From Acinetobacter phage nACB2, in sequence record OQ032512.1: 64,000 bases of DNA, one strand, 5' to 3'. A program made the position numbers and the translations under genes. Shown here one piece after another: positions 56,808 to 64,000 of the stretch. The first letter of the stretch is position 1, and each line of letters starts with the position of its first letter. The notes beneath the pieces were generated by a model. That model was not told the DNA's origin and made no database searches. It worked only from the letters and a program-made list of their open reading frames with translations.

Positions 56808-59800
56808 TTATGCCAAAGCGATCAATCTCAGCTCTTCCAATACTGGAGATTGAGAACCAACCTCACCTAACATTTCAATCTTGAGTTTCAGACCTAGGAA
56901 AGATTCATCAGCGTTTATTTCAAACTCAGCTTCATACATATCTGTAGAAGAGTTCTTGAACGCTTTTGAGACTTCTACGTCTGCCCATTCTTTCAGTGTT
57001 AAGTTATCATCGCCACTTGTGATAGCTTTGTATTTCAACTTAACGGTAGAACCGAATGGTACTCGACCCACAACATAGATTTTAGCTGAAGTGGATGGGT
57101 TGTTGAACTTCAAAGAACGCGTAACGGCGTTTGCAAGAACATTGTTTTCATCGTTGTTAAGACAATAACCAACCATTTCTAGACCTGCGCCATCTAGGTC
57201 TACGAGTGGCGTTAACCATTCATTATCAGACTTCAATGTTAGATTCAACTTGGGCTTCAAGGTAGATGAAGAAACGGCGTCAAAAGGCATATCAGCAAAT
57301 GTATCACTCTCTAGACCTTGTAATGTAACCGCCGTTCTATTTTCTTGAAGATGAGTTAACAGATCAATGTTCAAAGACGTACCATCCAGAATGAATGACC
57401 CTAACCACGGGCAAACCTTATTGTATGGGTTGTTCGCTTTGATAGCAATAGAACCACCTCCGATAGCCCCAGTTAGTTGAGCAACAGCCGTTGTTTCTAC
57501 AGAGAATGTTGAAGCATTTGCTGCTGTAACGCGGTGACGCGCATTGATTAGATTAGCGTCTATACCATTACCTGATACAGCTCCGGAAACTTCAACATAA
57601 TCGCCTACCTTTAAGCCATGCCCTAAGCAACCAAAGGCGATAACATTAGAGTCTAAAGTTGTAGAAATTGAGTTGTATGGTAATGCTTTATCTTCAGGTG
57701 AAGCGCCTTCTAATGTTGCAACGTACGCAGAATCAGTTTTGAACTTACAACCGTAAATCTTGAATTTCAAGTCTTCCAGTTGGTTTGCTGTCCATGTTTG
57801 ACCGTTAGATGACACAAAGAAAACACCAGTATGAGGTTGTTTAGCAACAACATAGCGGTTAGATAAATCAATCTCACCCATGCGCGCAAGATAAACATTA
57901 TATTCTTGAGTGTCAGCTAGTAATACAATTGCGTATTCTCTGTCTTTCTCAAGATAAACTGGATCACTAAACACAAACTGAGTAGCAACTGTACCATTTT
58001 CTGAAATGTTCACCTGAGACGGATTGAGAACAACTTCACCAAAAGTCAATACTTCATTAGATGGAACGCCATTGTACACGTTACGAACCTGAAGTGTAAC
58101 AGGAATTGACTTAGCCTTTGTGGCAAAGAAAATATCAACTGCTTTGATGAAACCACCGCCGTCTTTAGAGATATTGAACGTTTGAGCAACAGGATCACTA
58201 TTCCAACGCGCTGTCACACGAGAAGTAGATGAAGTCCATTTTGTCTGTTCAGCGCGCAGTGTCTTTGTGATAGTTGTAGTCTTTTGACGTACCTCTAATT
58301 CACCGCCTGATAGATGGGTTGCCTCACCGCGTGTAAAGTTGTTATTTGGGTTGTCATCATTGTTCGCTGAGTCAGTGAATTTCAGAATGTTAGAACCTGT
58401 TTTGAAACGGAAGTCATTAGTGTTTGGTACCTTGAATACGCCTGATACGTTACCAGATACGTCAGTAACAATGGCTTCTCCGTAGGCTTTACCTGTTTGA
58501 GCGCATTGCGATGAAACAGCTACGCCTGAGAAGAAAGGGTACAGGCGCGTTAGTGGCTTAAATCCGCGTAAATCGAATTTAACTTCAATGCTACGCATAT
58601 AAGGAATAATACTCAAAGACACTCGAGAATCGTCAACCTTCACGTCAGTTGAGGATGTGATTTTAGTATTCAGATACGTCTGAGTAGTCGTTTCAACGGT
58701 ATTACGCCACCAACTAGACCATTGGAATGAAGATGAAACCGTTGTACCTATAAGTTGATCACCAGCTTGGAGTCCATTGGTTAGATCATCTGTCACATTT
58801 AACACAATAGGTTTATTGTAAACAGTGTCGCGCCAGAAATCCTGAGCTGGTGTAAGTGTAACACTACCTGCCCACGAGAATACCGCAAATGGGTTGATGT
58901 TAGACGTTGTTGTTGCATACGGCTGACTAGCGAATTCAACTAATGTGTAAGGAAGAGATATAGTTGACGTATGCTTCTGAGCGCCAGAAAGATATGTCAT
59001 GTCAATACCATTTTGTACAATAGGAGGTGCAATACGCCCTAGATCAGTATCAATAGATGCAGCCCATTCAGAATCCAAAACGTCAACCAGTTTGAAATCT
59101 TTGAAACGATCAGCCGCAATACCATTCTTGAATCGGTTATTTCCAGTTACAGGGTCAAGAATTTGTGTACGCTCTGCTTTAGTCTCACTTTGACTCAAAG
59201 AGATATAATACTCCGTATTCTCAATACGTTTTTCCAAGCGACCAATATCAGCCATAGTGAAGCGTTTGTTTTCAACCTTGATTGCCTTAATCTGAGTCAC
59301 TGAGTCAGTGTAAGCTGGAATGTGAAGTTGATACAAAGCCATACCGTCTGCTGGTATAGTAGGCGCTTTAGGATTCTCTGATGGTATGCCGCGAGAAACT
59401 GAGTAATTTCCGGAAGATGAAACGTACAATACATCAATTCGAGGTAGATACATTGTCAAATCAATACGCACGTTGTCATTCGGGTTGATTACATCAAATA
59501 CAGCTGGAAGATTCGTGAAGCTACCGTCACTTGCTTTCAGAACACGGAAGTCAATGCAATCTGCTAGACTACGGATAACGCGGTCTGACGCTTCTTTAGA
59601 TGTAGGGATATCGGTACGCGCAATATCATAAGAATCGACACAGAAGAAATCGCCTGTGTTAGAATGTTCAAAGTACTCGTAAGTCACAGATACGTTTGCA
59701 GTAATGTTACCGCTAGTGCTGATCAGTTCACCTACTTCATACCAGTTAGGTCTTTGACCATCAAAGAAGCGGAAACCAGGAGTCATATCCAAACCGCTAT

Positions 59801-61619
59801 CAGTATTGGTAACGCTCACTATTTTAAAAATATCAGCTTTGTTCAACTTAACAGAAGATGATTCATTGAAAGAGATGTTTTCAGATACTTCTCTCAATGT
59901 CTTTGTTTTGTAAGTTGGATTCGTCTTAACAATAGAAGTAACAATGCGAACAACTGAACCAGAGTAAGATGCACCAAAGTCTAGATTAAGAGCCTTGCCA
60001 TTTGGAGAACCTGCTAACGAGATACCTGAAATAGGAAGCGCCGTGTCGCCATTTACACTCGCAAAATAGTCGAAGCTGTTAACTGAGTTGAATAGTTCAG
60101 AACCTGTAAGACCAATAGAAGCCTTACCTGAAGCATCTAATGTGACGTCAAATGAACGCGTAACATTGAATGACACGTCTTGACCAGCAGCGCCCGTCAA
60201 TGAGCTCACATTTGAGTACGGTAATGAGAATAAAAGGCTATCAGTTGTCCCACCGAAAACGCTAGAAGCAGCCAAAGTAGCTTCAAAGGTATCAGAAGGC
60301 GAGAAGCTGCCTAAAATACGTTTCACAGAGCCGAATGATTGACCCAGAGACATATTGATATCCATCAAGTAAAGGATCGCATTGTTGCCTTCGCGTTTGA
60401 TAGAACGCACTTTACAAGTGCCCAAGAGCGAATTGCTTTCATCTACTAGGCTGTGAAGACGCGTTAGGTCAAGTTTCGGAAGCCCTTTATCAATTGTAAC
60501 TACAATGAATGATCCGTATAAAGCCTGAAGAACACCATTGTTAACAATCTTTGTATCTCGCGCCTTACCAACCTCTACGTCTTTGTATCCCACGATTTCG
60601 TGACGGTATCCTTGAACGTAAGAAACACCGCGCTTCAGACGCGCTACAAACGTGTCTTCCTTACCACCTTCTACGTTTGTATATAGACCATCTACGTGGT
60701 CACCATCGCGTAGATGTTCCAATAATTCGATAGGAGGGTGTGTAACAGTGTAGTTACCAGATTCTTCGTAGGTACGCTGAGCTAGAATATCATTGAAAAC
60801 AGCGTATTGTGTATTATCATTTACACTTTGGATTACACCACCGTCAATGTCTACAATCTCAATGAAAGTGTCATCTTTTTCAGATTTATCAATCGCTTCA
60901 AGTTTTAATGTAACTTTGAGACGGCAAGCGCCAGCGCCTTTGAAGTTTGGTTCACCCGAAGCATTTGAATATAAAGATGGGTCTACAGTTTCGTCGATCA
61001 CTTCTTCATCAATACGGAAACCAACAAGTATAGATGGCGCTTCCTCTGGAATTAGAATATCTTGGCTATTCGTCCAGACAAGGTTTCCGCCTACGAAATA
61101 AACGCCTTCTAGAACAGAAGCGTAGAAGCCTAAAGCGCTTTCAACAACAGTGGACATTAATACGTCTACAGAGGAACCATCGATGTCTTGTGAGATGATG
61201 ATTGTAGATGCATCCTCAAATGTAGCGCCTTCAGTGCCGTCTGAGTTAAGGTATTCAATTGCTAACCATCCAGACGTTCCATCTATAGGAAGATACTTCA
61301 GAATCTTAGCATTCAAACCAGCATTAGATGCTCTTGCGTTCAAAGAAACATCACCTTCGAAAAAGGATGCATCAAAATTCACTGGAAGAACTATTTTAAC
61401 CATATTCTGGCGTTCTTTTAATGAGATTGATCCCTCACCTACAACTGAGCCATCTTTAAAAAAGTGCGAACCCATTCGATTGATTTGTTCTTGAAGAATG
61501 GATTGTAATTGGTTCAACTCTCGGGCTTGTACAACTCGAGGTCTGAATAGAATTTTATGAAACCCTTTAGATGGGTTGTAATCATCATAAAATGGAGCGT
61601 GTGAAGTGTCCAAGGCCAA
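56808..61619 (-). CDS. giant virion structural protein (1603 aa), likely a baseplate/fibre component
   Basis: Uninterrupted 4.8 kb ORF in the late structural block; no catalytic motifs. The internal antisense ORFs are artefacts. Confidence 0.55.
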   Translation of the reverse strand: MALDTSHAPFYDDYNPSKGFHKILFRPRVVQARELNQLQSILQEQINRMGSHFFKDGSVVGEGSISLKERQNMVKIVLPVNFDASFFEGDVSLNARASNAGLNAKILKYLPIDGTSGWLAIEYLNSDGTEGATFEDASTIIISQDIDGSSVDVLMSTVVESALGFYASVLEGVYFVGGNLVWTNSQDILIPEEAPSILVGFRIDEEVIDETVDPSLYSNASGEPNFKGAGACRLKVTLKLEAIDKSEKDDTFIEIVDIDGGVIQSVNDNTQYAVFNDILAQRTYEESGNYTVTHPPIELLEHLRDGDHVDGLYTNVEGGKEDTFVARLKRGVSYVQGYRHEIVGYKDVEVGKARDTKIVNNGVLQALYGSFIVVTIDKGLPKLDLTRLHSLVDESNSLLGTCKVRSIKREGNNAILYLMDINMSLGQSFGSVKRILGSFSPSDTFEATLAASSVFGGTTDSLLFSLPYSNVSSLTGAAGQDVSFNVTRSFDVTLDASGKASIGLTGSELFNSVNSFDYFASVNGDTALPISGISLAGSPNGKALNLDFGASYSGSVVRIVTSIVKTNPTYKTKTLREVSENISFNESSSVKLNKADIFKIVSVTNTDSGLDMTPGFRFFDGQRPNWYEVGELISTSGNITANVSVTYEYFEHSNTGDFFCVDSYDIARTDIPTSKEASDRVIRSLADCIDFRVLKASDGSFTNLPAVFDVINPNDNVRIDLTMYLPRIDVLYVSSSGNYSVSRGIPSENPKAPTIPADGMALYQLHIPAYTDSVTQIKAIKVENKRFTMADIGRLEKRIENTEYYISLSQSETKAERTQILDPVTGNNRFKNGIAADRFKDFKLVDVLDSEWAASIDTDLGRIAPPIVQNGIDMTYLSGAQKHTSTISLPYTLVEFASQPYATTTSNINPFAVFSWAGSVTLTPAQDFWRDTVYNKPIVLNVTDDLTNGLQAGDQLIGTTVSSSFQWSSWWRNTVETTTQTYLNTKITSSTDVKVDDSRVSLSIIPYMRSIEVKFDLRGFKPLTRLYPFFSGVAVSSQCAQTGKAYGEAIVTDVSGNVSGVFKVPNTNDFRFKTGSNILKFTDSANNDDNPNNNFTRGEATHLSGGELEVRQKTTTITKTLRAEQTKWTSSTSRVTARWNSDPVAQTFNISKDGGGFIKAVDIFFATKAKSIPVTLQVRNVYNGVPSNEVLTFGEVVLNPSQVNISENGTVATQFVFSDPVYLEKDREYAIVLLADTQEYNVYLARMGEIDLSNRYVVAKQPHTGVFFVSSNGQTWTANQLEDLKFKIYGCKFKTDSAYVATLEGASPEDKALPYNSISTTLDSNVIAFGCLGHGLKVGDYVEVSGAVSGNGIDANLINARHRVTAANASTFSVETTAVAQLTGAIGGGSIAIKANNPYNKVCPWLGSFILDGTSLNIDLLTHLQENRTAVTLQGLESDTFADMPFDAVSSSTLKPKLNLTLKSDNEWLTPLVDLDGAGLEMVGYCLNNDENNVLANAVTRSLKFNNPSTSAKIYVVGRVPFGSTVKLKYKAITSGDDNLTLKEWADVEVSKAFKNSSTDMYEAEFEINADESFLGLKLKIEMLGEVGSQSPVLEELRLIALA

Positions 61620-61669
61620 TCTCCGATATTTTGGAACGTATATGTCTGTCTTTATTTAGCATTAGACAT

Positions 61670-61694
61670 AAGAAAGGGGCTTGCGCCCCTTTTT
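61670..61694. terminator. GGGGC-ttgc-GCCCC hairpin, identical core to 32098-32118
   Basis: gaaaggggcttgcgcccctttttctt. Confidence 0.55.
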
Positions 61695-61695
61695 C

Positions 61696-63984
61696 TTACC
61701 AGTTGCCTCGTATGAAACTGTTAGCATTGTAATACTGCGATGATGTAATCGTTACACCATCTTTTTTCAATACTAGAGTTCCTCCACCAGATTTTATTAG
61801 ACCTGCAGCTCCAGCAGCTGTATTAACGCCAGTAGAGGTAGAAACGGCGCCAGCCATTCCTAGATCACCGCCCTTTCCGCCAATGTAATCCGTGGTCACA
61901 GAAGTTACTTCGTCAACGTGAGTGTACGTTCCGCCTTGAGCGCCCAAAAGTCTTGATGCTTGAGAACCTGCGTAGTCAGCAGTACCACCTAAACCTGTAG
62001 CTGCGCCACCACCGCCACCAACGTATTTTCCATTGATAGTAACACCACCGCCGCCACCACCACCTGACGCTACGATTACGTCTCCAGAATAAAGATTGAT
62101 GTTTAAAGTGTGACCCGACCCAATATTGAAAACATTTCCTCCAACTGCCCCAACTCTAGGAACTTTAGGATCAGCGCCCTGACCACCCTTTCCTATGATA
62201 CCACCAGTGCTGTTCCAATAAAGATTAACAACTGTTCCAGCCAACCAATTATCAGAAGTTACAGCGAATTTGTTTGTAGCGGAAGCCTCAAACCAAGATT
62301 CTCCAGTAACATAGAGGTTACAAATCCAAGGAACGTCTTGAGTACCAAACTGAGTTTCAAACAAAGTTTTCAAATCAACGTCTTGTTTTACTTCACCTGA
62401 AATGTACAGGTTTTGAATCGGGGTTGTCGATGTATCTTTAATCAACAAAGGTTTGTTAGAGTCAGCAACTATAGACGAGGTTGATTGATTCACCCACTCC
62501 ATATATAGAATTTCATCACCTTCTGTTTTACGGTCTGCGCGTATTACAATTTTTTGAGATAATATGATATTACCGTTGAATGACTGAGCTACAATATTAC
62601 TATTGGTGATGTCTACGTCATCGCCCTCGACAATATTACCAGTTGTACCGACTGTCTTGATGTTAGGTTTGAAGAACGTACCTTGAGTTGTACCAGACGG
62701 AACTCTCAGCACGAAGTAAACAGTGTCTCCTTCATTAGCCTGTGTAATAGCTGTAGAACCGTTAGAAGCTGTAGAATACCAACACTCAGCCTTCCAAGCT
62801 GTGTCCACTATTTGAATATTTGTAGAAGTAACCACAACACCTGCTAGAAGTACATTAAGCGTAATTGTCTCAGTGCCTTCGTACGGTTTAGTTGCATCGG
62901 CTTCAAATTTTACTGGTACAACAATTAAGTTATTGTTAATGTTTCTTGCAGCCCCAAATTCAACAATGTTTTCAATGTCTGAATCCGATGAACTAGAGAA
63001 GGTAAAAGATGTGCCGTTTGCAACATACTTTGACTCAAGCATAAGGTAAACAGTGTCACCTTCATTAGCCTGTGTAATAGTTGTAGAACCATCTGAGAAT
63101 CTAGACACCCGACTCTTGTATTCTGGTGGCCCAGATACATCTAGAACACTAATTTCTTTAAATGTATTAGTGGCAGCTAGAGTGAAACGCAATGTTTCAG
63201 TAGATTCTGGAAGGAAGTCTTGTACAATTGGAAGGTCAACAATACCTTGATTATTCTGAATAGTAACGTATCCTGATAAAGAACCATCTACGTCAGACTG
63301 AGATATTTGTGTAAAATTATATGCTAAGGATTCACCGTTCGCAAGACCATTTGCAGACACAATTACGCGTAAGGTTTGACCTTCGCTGATCTGAGTAGAT
63401 TCCGTGAATAATGAACCTTGGAGAATGCCCATTCTGATTCCTAGAACTACATCAGATTCCGAAGGCTTCGATTCATACACAACCCAATTGACCTTTCCAT
63501 TCCAAGTGTTAGCGGTTGGAGACTTAGCGACAACACCAAAACCGCCATTTGTACGACTAACAATCTGGAAACCTTGACAGTCAGTTAGAATTTTCTCTGG
63601 AGAAGCGTTAATGATATAACGACTCTGAGACAAGTCTATATTGGGCACTGAAATGGTTACTGGAGTGGAACCATTAAGGCTCAAAATGTCTGAACCACCT
63701 GCTACAGCTCTTGGATAGCGCTTGGACGTAAACACTTGAGTCCAGAAGCCGTAAACACCATTGTTTCTAGAACGATAATACATATCATTCTGGAGGTCGA
63801 TAAACAATTGAGCGCCGATGGATGTATTATTTGTGCCAGATATTGTATAACAAATACCAATACCGTCTGTATTTGGTCTAGAACCAGCTGTAGCTGGATT
63901 ACAAGAAGCGACAGACGAATAAACCACTTCATTGAGGTCTATGTTCACGCCGTTAGATGAATCTTTCACCTCAATAGCATTCAC
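61696..63984 (-). CDS. tail-fibre/adhesin-like structural protein (762 aa) with internal repeats and a Gly-rich C-terminus
   Basis: Duplicated segments STTITQANEGDTVYLML and STAITQANEGDTVYFVL (Ig-like repeats). A C-terminal ASGGGGGGGVTINGKYVGGGGGAATGLGG glycine-rich region is typical of fibre tips. Confidence 0.55.
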   Translation of the reverse strand: MNAIEVKDSSNGVNIDLNEVVYSSVASCNPATAGSRPNTDGIGICYTISGTNNTSIGAQLFIDLQNDMYYRSRNNGVYGFWTQVFTSKRYPRAVAGGSDILSLNGSTPVTISVPNIDLSQSRYIINASPEKILTDCQGFQIVSRTNGGFGVVAKSPTANTWNGKVNWVVYESKPSESDVVLGIRMGILQGSLFTESTQISEGQTLRVIVSANGLANGESLAYNFTQISQSDVDGSLSGYVTIQNNQGIVDLPIVQDFLPESTETLRFTLAATNTFKEISVLDVSGPPEYKSRVSRFSDGSTTITQANEGDTVYLMLESKYVANGTSFTFSSSSDSDIENIVEFGAARNINNNLIVVPVKFEADATKPYEGTETITLNVLLAGVVVTSTNIQIVDTAWKAECWYSTASNGSTAITQANEGDTVYFVLRVPSGTTQGTFFKPNIKTVGTTGNIVEGDDVDITNSNIVAQSFNGNIILSQKIVIRADRKTEGDEILYMEWVNQSTSSIVADSNKPLLIKDTSTTPIQNLYISGEVKQDVDLKTLFETQFGTQDVPWICNLYVTGESWFEASATNKFAVTSDNWLAGTVVNLYWNSTGGIIGKGGQGADPKVPRVGAVGGNVFNIGSGHTLNINLYSGDVIVASGGGGGGGVTINGKYVGGGGGAATGLGGTADYAGSQASRLLGAQGGTYTHVDEVTSVTTDYIGGKGGDLGMAGAVSTSTGVNTAAGAAGLIKSGGGTLVLKKDGVTITSSQYYNANSFIRGNW

Positions 63985-64000
63985 GTAGCCGTATTTTCTC

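Noticed and set aside
1-64000. CRISPR arrays, integrases/transposases, prophage att sites
   Set aside because: No direct-repeat/spacer periodicity and no recombinase motifs were seen. The window is lytic-phage-like throughout.

Overview
This 64 kb window is dsDNA phage sequence from a T4-related myovirus. That call rests on recognisable homologues of T4 gp43 DNA polymerase, topoisomerase II gp39 (with gp60 fused) and gp52, UvsW, late sigma factor gp55, Mre11/Rad50-like gp47 and gp46, primase gp61, rIIA/rIIB-like proteins, terminase gp16/gp17 and neck proteins gp13/gp14/gp15, plus a three-tRNA cluster. GC content is moderate, roughly 40% by eye.

The layout is modular. Positions 1-28.4 kb are almost entirely minus-strand early and replication genes, interspersed with a GIY-YIG and an HNH homing-endonuclease gene. 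Positions 28.7-29.8 kb are an ORF-poor divergent control region. Positions 29.8-52 kb are plus-strand genes, including three early transcription units with TTTACT-17-TATAAT promoters, the tRNAs and many small accessory ORFs. Positions 52.1-64 kb are minus-strand late genes (terminase, neck, giant fibre-like structural proteins).

The most notable observations are:
- An insertion of about 1.17 kb carrying an HNH endonuclease ORF sits exactly inside motif A of the DNA polymerase gene. It has group I intron hallmarks, and conceptual splicing restores DANALYPHM.
- A NADAR (YbiA-like) gene is broken by a +1 frameshift at a U7-UAG site. It lies next to a DUF4326-like gene, and a DarT-like (ADP-ribosyltransferase-fold) candidate lies elsewhere in the window.
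- A conserved 5' leader (TAATaACACTCAAyGGAGTA-N6-ATG) is shared by three early genes.
- An 81 bp near-identical repeat carrying a bidirectional terminator lies downstream of two late genes.
- Several families of near-identical hairpin terminators recur across the window.

Most of the small ORFs are hypothetical. Coordinates of elements I indexed by hand (tRNAs, motifs, hairpins) may be off by a few nucleotides.
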